Assembly (NCBI GenBank): GCA_964434115.1
Contig: CAYSSX010000001.1
Location: 229,855 to 293,854, forward strand
Direction: 5' to 3'
From: an uncultured bacterium
GTDB lineage: Bacteria; Omnitrophota; Omnitrophia; Omnitrophales; Aquincolibacteriaceae
Length of the DNA: 64,000 bases
Positions 53,726-62,888 of this stretch are shown here, in pieces. Under the pieces are notes generated by a model, which had not been told where the DNA came from, searched no databases, and was given only the letters and a program-made list of their open reading frames with translations. The translations under genes were made by a program, and so were the position numbers. Every line of letters starts with the position of its first letter. Position 1 is the first letter of the stretch.

Positions 53726-54731
53726 GTTTCCTCGATTTCTGGGCCGCTTCCAGGGCGAGCTTCTCTCGTTCATCCGCCGCGGCCTGACGGCGCAGCGCAA
53801 CCAGGCTGAAAATCAGATACCCCAAGGGAATGACGTAAAAGAAAGTCGTTCGCTCATCAATATCCTGGAGCAGGAAAGTAAAGGCACTGGAAATAATCGT
53901 AGCCGGTGTAAGGCTTACAGCTGAAAGCCGGAAGATCTGGCTGTATTCGAGACGGACTTTCATGAAAAGCGCGAACAGCATTCCAGCCAGTGAAAACAAA
54001 AGCGCGGAAATCAGAAACCCGATATTCGCGGCAAGGCACATAAAGGGAAAGACGAGAAACGGCAGCCATCGTTCAAACTGCTCGATGAAATAATAAAGAA
54101 TTTCGTTGTTTAATTTCAGGTCCAGGTCTTTCGGGTATTCCACGGATTTTTCGCCCTGGGCCTGGTCATGCATTACCAGGTGGTCGCGGGTGAAAAGAAA
54201 AACAGCCGGGATCTGAAAAACCGAGGTGGTTTTTCCCGTCGTATCAAACACCGCGAGGTTCATTTTCTGTTCCGTGTCTTTTAAAATATTCGGGCTTCGC
54301 TCCACCATGGTCATAACACCATCTTTAAAACCAATGGCCGGTACGTGTCCTGCGATTGGAATGATCGATTGATTCTGAACCTCGCCGTATTGAATCACGA
54401 AACTGGCCGTTAAAGCCAAACCTGAGACTCCGGAAAGTACGGTGAGGAAAACCAGACAGGCCCCTTTCCAGCGGCGGGCGACATCCACATAAAAATCAGA
54501 CGAAAAAAAACTGTACCCCAGAGCCTGAAAAACATTGAAACGGCTCTCGGGTGCAATCTTTTCACGGGGTTTTCTGCGCGGCGGCGGAGGCGGCGGGGGC
54601 GGCAATTCGTCAAGCGGTTCTTTTTTCTTTTCAACCGGCAGGGCTTCAACCTCAAGATCCACGTCACAGGAAGGACAGCGTTTCAGATCCAGGCCCAAGG
54701 GAATGTATGCTTCACAGCGTGAACAATACAA
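53709..54731 (-). CDS. membrane protein with an N-terminal zinc-ribbon (CxxC...CxxC) and a poly-Pro linker
   Basis: The zinc ribbon is CSRCEAYIPLGLDLKRCPSCD. A PPPPPPPPP linker follows, then several TM helices. Confidence 0.55.
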   Translation of the reverse strand: MYCSRCEAYIPLGLDLKRCPSCDVDLEVEALPVEKKKEPLDELPPPPPPPPRRKPREKIAPESRFNVFQALGYSFFSSDFYVDVARRWKGACLVFLTVLSGVSGLALTASFVIQYGEVQNQSIIPIAGHVPAIGFKDGVMTMVERSPNILKDTEQKMNLAVFDTTGKTTSVFQIPAVFLFTRDHLVMHDQAQGEKSVEYPKDLDLKLNNEILYYFIEQFERWLPFLVFPFMCLAANIGFLISALLFSLAGMLFALFMKVRLEYSQIFRLSAVSLTPATIISSAFTFLLQDIDERTTFFYVIPLGYLIFSLVALRRQAAADEREKLALEAAQKSRKHVLFK

Positions 54732-54803
54732 GGGGGAATTCCGTTCCTTTAAGAGTCATTAAAGAATACGGCGGAGTATATCAGCCTCCCCCCTGTCACG
54801 GCA

Positions 54804-54838
54804 CCAAAAAAAAGGGACAGGCCGTAAAGACCTGTCCC
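54804..54838 (-). terminator. intrinsic terminator downstream of the Cys-repeat peptide gene
   Basis: An 8-bp GC-rich stem (GGGACAGG/CCTGTCCC) with a 9-nt loop is followed on the minus-strand RNA by a run of eight U. Confidence 0.5.
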
Positions 54839-54870
54839 CTTGAAACGGTAATCCTGATGAATCTCAAATC

Positions 54871-55134
54871 TTAGTAAGCGGCCTTGGCAGCTTCTTCAAC
54901 AGGCGCGGCAGCTTCACCCGCGGCAGCCTTGGCTTTGGCGCTGACTTCTTCGGCCGTCTTGCCGCCGCAGCTTGCTTGACCCGCGCAGCTTCCTTTTCCA
55001 GAACAGCCGCTGGTACCCTTACAGGAATTGGCATCCGCCTTCACATCTTCGGCATAAACAGCATTCGGAGCCATGGCCCCGGAAACCGCGAAAAGACCCG
55101 CCACAGCCGCCATCATAAGTGCTTTCTTTTTCAT
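54871..55134 (-). CDS. small secreted Cys-repeat peptide (C-x5-C-x5-C-x5-C), putative periplasmic metal-binding peptide
   Basis: A Sec signal peptide (MKKKALMMAAVAGLFAVSGAMA) is followed by hexapeptide repeats SCKGTSG-CSGKGS-CAGQAS-CGGKTA and an Ala/Glu/Lys-rich tail. There is a strong Shine-Dalgarno (AAGGAGAAGG) upstream. The gene lies directly downstream of ccoS. Confidence 0.55.
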   Translation of the reverse strand: MKKKALMMAAVAGLFAVSGAMAPNAVYAEDVKADANSCKGTSGCSGKGSCAGQASCGGKTAEEVSAKAKAAAGEAAAPVEEAAKAAY

Positions 55135-55238
55135 TACCTTCTCCTTGTAAGTGGTACCGTTATCGGTACGGGTTCAGCAACGGATAATAGTTTCGGCACG
55201 CGGGAAAATTTCTGAAGGGCGTCCGGCAAAAAGAAAAA

Positions 55239-55421
55239 TTAATCGTTTTTCGGGGAAGGCGGCGGTGGCGCGGGGTTTTCAGGCGAATCTTCAATGAGAA
55301 TGCGGTAGGCCGGGGTGGTGGTATCATCAAACTGTCCGCTCCGGACTGCCCAGATGTACGCAGCGAGAAAAATAAGAGCAATGACCAGGGCCAGCGGGAG
55401 CAGAACAAAAATAATTTCCAT
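55239..55421 (-). CDS. ccoS: cbb3-type cytochrome oxidase maturation protein CcoS/FixS
   Basis: At 60 aa it has one TM helix. IWAVRSGQFDDTTTPAYRILIED matches the CcoS consensus. Confidence 0.8.
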   Translation of the reverse strand: MEIIFVLLPLALVIALIFLAAYIWAVRSGQFDDTTTPAYRILIEDSPENPAPPPPSPKND

Positions 55422-57850
55422 CAGGCCCGCCCCCTCCAGTTGATTCCAATATACGCAATAGCGAGAACCGTAAAAGAGCTGAGCGGCATCACTACCGCAG
55501 CCACAAGAGGCGTCACTTGCCCCAGAATCGCAAGCACCATCCCGGACAAGTTATAGGCCAGCGAAACAAGCAGTGCGGCCCAGACGACTTTGCGGGTGCG
55601 GCGCGCAATGGCCATGAGTTCAGGTAAGGTTCCGATGCCCGGCACCGTGAGGTATGCATCCGCACTTTGAAAGCTGGTTTCAATACTCCCCTGCACGGCC
55701 GCGGACACGCCTGCTGCTTTCATGGCTGCGGCATCGTTAGCCCCGTCACCCACCATCAGGGAATCCGGGGTTTTTGCGAGCAGTTCCGTCTTGTCTTCAG
55801 GACTCATTTGGGCTGTCCATTGACGGATGCCGAGTTGAGCGGCAACCGCCTCCGCAGTTTCAAGGCGGTCTCCGGTTACAATCTCCACGGAATCAAACTG
55901 CTTTTGAAGTTTCCCGACCGCCAGCCGGGAATCTTCACGTATTTTGTCGCCAAGAGCGATCACAACTTTGAGGACATTGTTCTCATAAATTCCCACAGAA
56001 CTGCGCACCGCAAGATTTGAAGATGGGGCGCCTTGAATTCCCGGCGCGCTTTTGATTTCGTAATGCTTTCCGTTCACAATCCCTGAGACGCCTTTTCCGA
56101 AAACCTCAGATGCTTCCAGGACTTCCATCTGCGACTCAGCCTGGTCCAAACGCTGAAACGCGTAATCCCGCAAAGCCAAGGCAATCGGATGCGCGGACTT
56201 TTTTTCAAGCAGATACGCCGCACGAACAAGGTCATCGTCCCCCTCCACGATTCTCCAGTCCAAAACTTCAAAGCGGCCAAAGGTCAGCGTGCCGGTTTTA
56301 TCCAGGTAGAGTTTCTTGGCCCGGGAGAGTTTATCAAGCGCGGAAACGCCTTTAAGCAGAACACCGATGCGGGCACTGGCGCGTGAGGCCATGCGGTAAG
56401 CAAGCGGCGTGGCCAAGGCCAGGGCGCAGGGGCACGCAATAATAATCATCGAAAGCGCCCGGTCAAATGCGGCCGTAAAACCCAGACGGTAACTGGAAAA
56501 AATAAGGGCAATAGAACCCAGAAACACAGCCGCGAGATAACGCTTAGAAGCCGCGTCCGCAATTTGAACGGTTTTGGGCTTCTCAAGGTCCGCGACACTT
56601 TGAAGAAGACGTTCAATTCTTGTCTGGGCGCCCACGGCCGAGACTTTGATGACAAGGCCGGCGCCCACATTCACGGTGCCCGCATAAATTTTGGAGCCCG
56701 GCTGCAGTTTGACAGGTTCGGACTCACCGCTGATCATGTGAAAATCAGCATACCCCGTGCCTTCCGCCACTTCTCCGTCCGCGGCCACCACTTCGCCCTG
56801 CGGCACCCAAAGAAACTGGCCGGGCAGAATACGCTCGACAGCCATGACTTCCGTTTTTTTCGTGTCCGGGTCAAAACGCAAAGCACTTTTGGGGATGAGG
56901 AATTCGCCGGCTCCCATCTGGGAAGCTGTCTTTTGGTAAATTGTTTTGAGCGCGTAACGCGCGGACAGAAGAAGAAAAACAAAGGCCGTGAGTGAATCAA
57001 AGTAAATGTGTTCCGAACCCGTGCACAGATTCCAGAGACTCGCCGCAGACCCGAGAAAAATAGCACCGGCCACCGGCAGATCAATATTCATCTGCCGCAT
57101 CTTCAAGGACGACAGCGCGCCGCGGTAAAAAGGCGCGGCTCCGTAAACAGCGACAGGAAGAAACAAGGCCCCCGAGAGCCAGCGAAAAAGGCCCAGCAGG
57201 CCTGAATCCGCGCCCGCGTAAATGGAAACAAAGAGAATCATGATGTTCATCATGCAGAACCCGGAAACTCCGATACGCATCATGTCGCGGCGGTTTTCCT
57301 CGCGGTTCAGATCATGGGCCTGACGGCCTTCAGAGACCGGGTGCGGTTTGTAGCCGATGCGTTCAAGGCCTTCGGCCACAGGGGCAAAGGCTCCTTGATC
57401 CTCCAGAGACACCTTGGCCACGAGCGACCCCAGACTCATCTGAACACTCTGAACGCCGGGCACCAGTTTTCCGATACGCTCAATCAGCCACAAACACGCC
57501 ACGCAATGAACGCCCTCAATGTAGAAATCCATGCAGCGGGCGTTGTCCCCATAAGCAAACTTCTCCTTCACGGTGGGTTCATCCAGATAGGAGTAACGGC
57601 TGATCACTGAGGATGCGGGCTGGCTTGGCGCGAAAAACTCGGACTGTTTTTTGATCGCGTAATATTCCTGAAGCTGGTGACCCGTGATGATCTGGTAGAC
57701 CGTGCGGCAGCCTTCACAGCAGAAAAGAGGCTCCCCTTCGGATTTGCCGGAGGCCCGGAACTGCGGAACCGGCAGACCGCAGTGGGCACATGACGGCAGT
57801 TTTGTATTCAAGGGTTTTGCGTCCTGAAGCTGCGCGGACACCGGCGTCAT
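55421..57850 (-). CDS. ccoI: copper-translocating P1B-type ATPase for cbb3 oxidase assembly (CcoI/FixI)
   Basis: An N-terminal Cys-rich metal-binding region is present. The P-type ATPase motifs are CPC (IIACPCALALATP), DKTGTLT and GDGANDAAA. Confidence 0.9.
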   Translation of the reverse strand: MTPVSAQLQDAKPLNTKLPSCAHCGLPVPQFRASGKSEGEPLFCCEGCRTVYQIITGHQLQEYYAIKKQSEFFAPSQPASSVISRYSYLDEPTVKEKFAYGDNARCMDFYIEGVHCVACLWLIERIGKLVPGVQSVQMSLGSLVAKVSLEDQGAFAPVAEGLERIGYKPHPVSEGRQAHDLNREENRRDMMRIGVSGFCMMNIMILFVSIYAGADSGLLGLFRWLSGALFLPVAVYGAAPFYRGALSSLKMRQMNIDLPVAGAIFLGSAASLWNLCTGSEHIYFDSLTAFVFLLLSARYALKTIYQKTASQMGAGEFLIPKSALRFDPDTKKTEVMAVERILPGQFLWVPQGEVVAADGEVAEGTGYADFHMISGESEPVKLQPGSKIYAGTVNVGAGLVIKVSAVGAQTRIERLLQSVADLEKPKTVQIADAASKRYLAAVFLGSIALIFSSYRLGFTAAFDRALSMIIIACPCALALATPLAYRMASRASARIGVLLKGVSALDKLSRAKKLYLDKTGTLTFGRFEVLDWRIVEGDDDLVRAAYLLEKKSAHPIALALRDYAFQRLDQAESQMEVLEASEVFGKGVSGIVNGKHYEIKSAPGIQGAPSSNLAVRSSVGIYENNVLKVVIALGDKIREDSRLAVGKLQKQFDSVEIVTGDRLETAEAVAAQLGIRQWTAQMSPEDKTELLAKTPDSLMVGDGANDAAAMKAAGVSAAVQGSIETSFQSADAYLTVPGIGTLPELMAIARRTRKVVWAALLVSLAYNLSGMVLAILGQVTPLVAAVVMPLSSFTVLAIAYIGINWRGRA

Positions 57851-57863
57851 GGTTTCACTTTTC

Positions 57864-58538
57864 TCACGTCAGTTTCAAGTAGCGGAAAAGAATAGGCAGC
57901 ACACCCGCGGCAATCAAAAGCGCGGAGGAAATCTTCGGTGTTATGCCGTCCGCGAGTGAAAAAACTCTTTTCAAGAACCAGGGGGCCGCCGCCAGCGCAG
58001 GCAGAGTCCCCATCCAAAAAACCGCCATGATGGCGGCGCCTTTAAGAGGGCTTGCCATGGTCAACGACGCGAGCACAAAGGAATAAAGCCAGCCGCAGGG
58101 AAGAAAAATGGAGAGCAGACCGATGAGACCGGCATAAGCATTTCTTTGGGGTTTTGAGGGGTCCGTGAGATGACGAAACGCGCTCACGGTCCACTGGCTG
58201 ATTTTATCCGCGCCCGGAACCTTGATGTGCCATGAGCCGCCCTTCCAGCCCAGGACTCCAAGAGCCACAAAGCTCAACGCGACCAGCCAGGCGATGCCTT
58301 CGGAAAATCCGGAGGGCAATCGGGTGACAGCGTTCGCGCCCACCCAGCCGGACACAGCTCCCAAGGCCATGTATCCGGACAAACGGCCGGCGTGATAAAA
58401 CAATTGCTGTGTCCGGGACCGGGCCGCGGCAGCGACCAGGCCGCCGCACATGAGCGCGCAGTGTCCGCTGCCCAGAAGACTGGCCATAAAAACTGCTGAC
58501 GGAATCATGAGCGGAGCAGCTGCGTGGTGACAATGCAT
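57864..58538 (-). CDS. TauE/SafE/DsbD_2-like polytopic membrane protein with an HCxxMCGG motif, in the position usually held by CcoH
   Basis: At 224 aa it has about six TM helices. HCALMCGG lies in TM1. It sits between ccoG and ccoI. Confidence 0.55.
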   Translation of the reverse strand: MHCHHAAAPLMIPSAVFMASLLGSGHCALMCGGLVAAAARSRTQQLFYHAGRLSGYMALGAVSGWVGANAVTRLPSGFSEGIAWLVALSFVALGVLGWKGGSWHIKVPGADKISQWTVSAFRHLTDPSKPQRNAYAGLIGLLSIFLPCGWLYSFVLASLTMASPLKGAAIMAVFWMGTLPALAAAPWFLKRVFSLADGITPKISSALLIAAGVLPILFRYLKLT

Positions 58539-59989
58539 CAGGAGCGCTCCCGGCTTTCTTTAAGTTCATTATTTTCCGAGTCTCCCGCAGGACCCACCAG
58601 AGGAATTTTCTTGATCATCTGACGCGATTCCCGGCCGGCAAAGTGACTGTTCATTAACACCGGAATCGAGGTCTGGCCGCGGGTTAAAAAGGAACGCGGA
58701 AAGGTCACAAACAAATCCGCACGCACGGATTTTCCGGCCTCCACAAGAAGGGACGAAACAGGCACCACAAGCGACAGGTTCTCTTTCATGAGTGATTCCG
58801 GGAGAAGAAAGTCAACGTTCGCATCACGAGCGTCTTCATTATGGATCTCAACCTTGTAATGATTGATCACATCTTTTCCGTCGCGGATAAGTTCAAAGGG
58901 ATTGCCCTGCGCGCGGACAAAATTAATTTTCATGGCTTCACGCGTGGAAAGGACAAACACAAGCACGGCCGCGGCCGCGAAAATAACAGCCGCGTAAATC
59001 AGCGTGCGAAGACGGACGTGGCGGACTGTCTGTTTGCTGAGACCCGCTTCGGTGTCATAGCGGATCAGTCCCAAAGGTTTCTTGATTTTGGTCATGACTT
59101 CATCGCAGGCGTCAATGCAGGCCGTGCAGGCAATACATTCCATCTGCACACCGCGGCGGATATCGATTCCCGTGGGACACACCTGCACGCAGCGATAACA
59201 ATTCACGCAGTCCCCGTGCTGAGACGGGGCCATGCCTTTTTGACGGCGAGGCTCACCGCGCTTCGTGTCATAGGCCACAATCAGGCTGTGGTCATCCATA
59301 AGAACAGACTGGAGACGGCCGTAGGGACAGGCAATGATGCAGAACTGCTCGCGGAACCAGCCAAAATCAAAAAGGATAATGGCGGTGGTAAAAGCAATCA
59401 CGAGGAATGACGAAGGGTGTTCAAAAGGCGAATGCGTGACCATTTTTGCCAAACGTTCAGTACCGACAAAATAGGCGAGAAAACTGTGCGTGATCACAAG
59501 CGACACGCAGAGGAATAGAAACCACTTGAAGCCGCGCCTGGACAGCTTTGCAAAGTTCATGGGGGCAGCATCAAGTTTTCTTTGGGCAGCCGCATCCCCT
59601 TCAATCCAGCGTTCGATTCTCACAAAAAGGCGGTCAATGAAAACGGTCTGCGGACACGCCCAGCCGCACCATCCCCGTCCGAAAAGGGCGGTAATAAGAC
59701 CGATTGTGACTACGAAAAGAAGGAAGAGCAGAAAAAGTATGGGCGCATCGTCACCCCAAAAAGTGACGCCCAGAATACTGAAGTGACGGCGGGGCAGATC
59801 CAAAAGCAGCATAGGTTCGCCATTGATGCGAACCCATGGAATGCAAAGGAAAATGATGAGCAGGACATCGTAGACACGGCTGCGCAGGTTCCGCAGTTTC
59901 CCGCGAACTTCAGCCGTATGGAGATAAACCCGCGACCCGTCTTGCGCAGTCGTCGCAAGCCTTTCCGGGTCAAGCTCCCAGTCAGGCAT
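58538..59989 (-). CDS. ccoG: cbb3 oxidase accessory protein CcoG/FixG (4Fe-4S ferredoxin-type)
   Basis: TM helices are followed by two CxxCxxCxxxCP ferredoxin motifs (CVNCYRCVQVCP and CIACTACIDAC). Confidence 0.85.
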   Translation of the reverse strand: MPDWELDPERLATTAQDGSRVYLHTAEVRGKLRNLRSRVYDVLLIIFLCIPWVRINGEPMLLLDLPRRHFSILGVTFWGDDAPILFLLFLLFVVTIGLITALFGRGWCGWACPQTVFIDRLFVRIERWIEGDAAAQRKLDAAPMNFAKLSRRGFKWFLFLCVSLVITHSFLAYFVGTERLAKMVTHSPFEHPSSFLVIAFTTAIILFDFGWFREQFCIIACPYGRLQSVLMDDHSLIVAYDTKRGEPRRQKGMAPSQHGDCVNCYRCVQVCPTGIDIRRGVQMECIACTACIDACDEVMTKIKKPLGLIRYDTEAGLSKQTVRHVRLRTLIYAAVIFAAAAVLVFVLSTREAMKINFVRAQGNPFELIRDGKDVINHYKVEIHNEDARDANVDFLLPESLMKENLSLVVPVSSLLVEAGKSVRADLFVTFPRSFLTRGQTSIPVLMNSHFAGRESRQMIKKIPLVGPAGDSENNELKESRERS

Positions 59990-60588
59990 TACCCCACCTT
60001 TTCACCTTGAGGCGGCTTGGCATTCTCGGGGTTGGTGCCGTGGAGGCTTTTGACATAGACAACAACCGATTTGATTTCCTCATCTTTAAGAAGAGTCTTC
60101 CAGGGAATCATGCCTTTTTCGGGAACACCTTCAGTAACAACCTTGTATATATCGGCTTCTGTCCCTTTGCCATGAATCCAGTAATCGTCCGTGAGGTTCG
60201 GGCCCACAAGACCTTCCCCTTTGGCTCCGTGACATGCCAGACATTTCCCAGCAAACACGGCTTTGCCGGCTTCCAGGGCTGCTGCATCAGACGGAAAGGA
60301 AACTTCTGCCGCAGCGGCTTCAGCCGCCGGTTTGACGTCCCCGGCCACGGCAACCTTTTGAGTGAGTTTACCGGTCAACTCCTCCACTTTTTTATCCGCA
60401 AGAGCACCCGCGGAAGGAATAAAAAAAGTAAACGCGATCATGTAAACTACGGCAAAGCCAACCGTACCATAGAAGAGATTGACCCACCAGGCGGGAAGCG
60501 GGTTGTCCAGTTCCTGAATGCCATCATAGTTATGGTCTAAAAGATTTTCGTCCAGGTTCTTATTGTCACCGCTCTGATTGATAGCCAT
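59989..60588 (-). CDS. ccoP: cbb3-type cytochrome c oxidase subunit III (CcoP), apparently monohaem
   Basis: The CcoP N-terminus DGIQELDNPLPAWWVNLFYGTVGFAVVYM is present. There is a single CxxCH (CLACHG). At 199 aa it is shorter than dihaem CcoP. Confidence 0.75.
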   Translation of the reverse strand: MAINQSGDNKNLDENLLDHNYDGIQELDNPLPAWWVNLFYGTVGFAVVYMIAFTFFIPSAGALADKKVEELTGKLTQKVAVAGDVKPAAEAAAAEVSFPSDAAALEAGKAVFAGKCLACHGAKGEGLVGPNLTDDYWIHGKGTEADIYKVVTEGVPEKGMIPWKTLLKDEEIKSVVVYVKSLHGTNPENAKPPQGEKVG

Positions 60589-60592
60589 GGGC

Positions 60593-60753
60593 TAATCTCC
60601 TTGAAGGGGTAAATTTTCCATGTAACGGTAATGATCCTTGCCCGATTTTCGGTAAACCCAAAGCAAAGCGCCCGCAAAAATAGCCAGAAAAAGCAGCATC
60701 GCGAAACAATTCAGATCGACCAAACCGTATTGGGCAAGAAATTCGCTTTTCAT
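60593..60753 (-). CDS. ccoQ: CcoQ-like small membrane subunit (52 aa; MKSEFLAQYGLVDLNCFAMLLFLAIFAGALLWVYRKSGKDHYRYMENLPLQGD)
   Basis: It is absent from the ORF track because it is shorter than 60 aa. Its ATG overlaps the ccoNO stop as ATGA. It has a single TM helix followed by a basic then acidic tail, like FixQ/CcoQ. It sits between ccoNO and ccoP. Confidence 0.5.
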
Positions 60754-62864
60754 GCGGTCCCCTTATTGGGTTTCAGACTTTGAAGATAGGCAATCAAAGC
60801 CACGATTTCTTTATCATCCAGATAGCCCGTCACCCCCTGCTGATGCAGTTCCCCGGCAATGCCGCGGGCCTGAAGCACAGCATTCGTGGCTGCGTTCTTC
60901 ACATCCTCCGGAGCGTAAGGAACCCCAAGGTTTTTCATAACCGTGAGTTTTTTGGAAAGTTTGCTGTAGTCGATCTTGTCGCGGTAAAGATTCGGATAAG
61001 TCGGCATGAGGGAATTTGGTGTAATGCGCCGGGGGTCCATCATGTGGTAAAAGTGCCATGAATCCGGATACTTTCCGCCGACATGCGCAAGATCAGGCCC
61101 GATACGGCGAGATCCCCACTGGAACGGGTGATCATAAATAAAGTCTTCGGGTTTGGAGCGTTCTCCGTAGCGGATCATATCCGAGGGCAGAGAACGGATC
61201 ATTTGCGAGTGACAGGTGTAGCAGCCCTCACGGATGTAAATGTCACGCCCTGCCAATTCCAGCGGCGTGTAGGGCTTTTGGGTGATTTTTCCGGGCACAA
61301 AGTACTTGTGCGCCAGCATAGTCGGAAGAAGCTCTATGACCGATCCCACCAAAACGGACACAACGACTAAGATCGTCATCACCGCAGGCAGTCCTTCAAT
61401 GTACCGGTGACCTTCCTTGTCCGTGGCGAATTTCCCCAGCGCGGGCGCCGAGTAAACTTCGGCCTCGGCCGGCTTGGCGCACGCAATCGTCTTAAACAAG
61501 TTGTAGAGCATCACAAGATAACCCACGAGATAGAGCGTACCGCCCACCGCGCGGACATAATACAGCGGAACAATTTTTGTGACCGTTTCCACAAAGTCCG
61601 GGTAAACGAGTCTTGAGCCGTCCATAGCGCGCCACATCAGCCCCTGTGTAATACCCGCGGCCCACATGGACGTAATGTAGAGCACTATGCCCGCGGTTCC
61701 GATCCAGAAGTGAAAATTCGCGAGCTTCTCACTGTACAGCTTCGTGTTCCAGATTTTCGGCACCATGTAGTAAAGCATGGCCGCGATCATGAAGCCGTTC
61801 CACCCCAGCACGCCGGAATGGACATGCGCAATGATCCAGTCGGTAAAATGTGCAATCGCGTTGACGGACTTGATGGAGAGCATCGGGCCTTCAAACGTGG
61901 ACATTCCATAGAAAGTCACCGCCGCGACAAAGAACTTGAGAATGGGTTCATGCCGCACCCGGTGCCAGGCGCCGCGCAGTGTCAAGAGACCGTTGATCAT
62001 ACCGCCCCAGCTCGGCGCCAGAAGCATAATACTGAACACCATTCCCACCGACTGCGCCCAATCCGGAAGCGCGGAATAAAGCAGATGATGCGGGCCTGTC
62101 CATATATAGATGAAGACAAGCGACCAGAAGTGAATGATGGAGAGACGATAGCTGTAAACCGGACGGTTCACGGCTTTGGGAAGGTAGTAATACATCAAGC
62201 CAAGGAACGGTGTTGTGAGGAAAAAAGCCACAGCGTTGTGGCCGTACCACCACTGAACCAGCGCATCCTGCACCCCGGCATAAACCGGGTAGCTTTTCAG
62301 AAAACTGACGGGCAAGGCAATCGAGTTGACGATATGAAGCACCGCCACGGTGAGAATGGAGGCAATGTAAAACCATATCGCCACATACAGGTGCCGCTCG
62401 CGGCGTTTAAAGAGCATACCGAAGAAGTTGACTGTGAAAACAACCCACACCACGGCGATCAAGATGTCGATCGGCCATTCCAGCTCCGCGTATTCCTTCC
62501 CTGTTGTGATACCGAAGGGAATCGTCAGGGCTGCCAGCACGATGATGAGCTGCCAGCCCCAGAAATGAACGGCACTGAGAAAGTCGGAGTAAATCCGGGT
62601 TTTGAGAAGTCTTTGTGAAGAATGATACACGCCTGCAAAAATTGCGTTTCCGGCAAACGCGAAGATCGCGGCATTGGTATGAAGCGGCCTTAGACGCCCA
62701 AAACTGAGCTGAGGCAGATTAAACAAATTGAAATGCCAGTTTGCAAGCTGAAGGGCCACGATCACCCCGACAAGCATGGCGACCGCGCCCCAAATCATCG
62801 TGGCTAAGGCAAACTTCTTGACTGTTTCATCGTCGTAGGAAAAACGCTGTAAACTTTCCTGCAT
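60750..62864 (-). CDS. ccoNO: fused cbb3-type cytochrome c oxidase subunits I+II (CcoN-CcoO)
   Basis: The N-terminal 12-TM haem-copper oxidase subunit I carries the His ligands. The C-terminal roughly 200 aa are monohaem CcoO (CYTCHSQ). Confidence 0.9.
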   Translation of the reverse strand: MQESLQRFSYDDETVKKFALATMIWGAVAMLVGVIVALQLANWHFNLFNLPQLSFGRLRPLHTNAAIFAFAGNAIFAGVYHSSQRLLKTRIYSDFLSAVHFWGWQLIIVLAALTIPFGITTGKEYAELEWPIDILIAVVWVVFTVNFFGMLFKRRERHLYVAIWFYIASILTVAVLHIVNSIALPVSFLKSYPVYAGVQDALVQWWYGHNAVAFFLTTPFLGLMYYYLPKAVNRPVYSYRLSIIHFWSLVFIYIWTGPHHLLYSALPDWAQSVGMVFSIMLLAPSWGGMINGLLTLRGAWHRVRHEPILKFFVAAVTFYGMSTFEGPMLSIKSVNAIAHFTDWIIAHVHSGVLGWNGFMIAAMLYYMVPKIWNTKLYSEKLANFHFWIGTAGIVLYITSMWAAGITQGLMWRAMDGSRLVYPDFVETVTKIVPLYYVRAVGGTLYLVGYLVMLYNLFKTIACAKPAEAEVYSAPALGKFATDKEGHRYIEGLPAVMTILVVVSVLVGSVIELLPTMLAHKYFVPGKITQKPYTPLELAGRDIYIREGCYTCHSQMIRSLPSDMIRYGERSKPEDFIYDHPFQWGSRRIGPDLAHVGGKYPDSWHFYHMMDPRRITPNSLMPTYPNLYRDKIDYSKLSKKLTVMKNLGVPYAPEDVKNAATNAVLQARGIAGELHQQGVTGYLDDKEIVALIAYLQSLKPNKGTA

Positions 62865-62888
62865 TCAAAAACCCCTTTCAATGAAGGT

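Noticed and set aside
59989-60588. The 199-aa protein as a stand-alone cytochrome c rather than CcoP
   Set aside because: The N-terminal DNPLPxWW...FY motif and TM helix are specific to CcoP. It also sits between ccoQ and ccoG. I therefore keep it as a monohaem CcoP.
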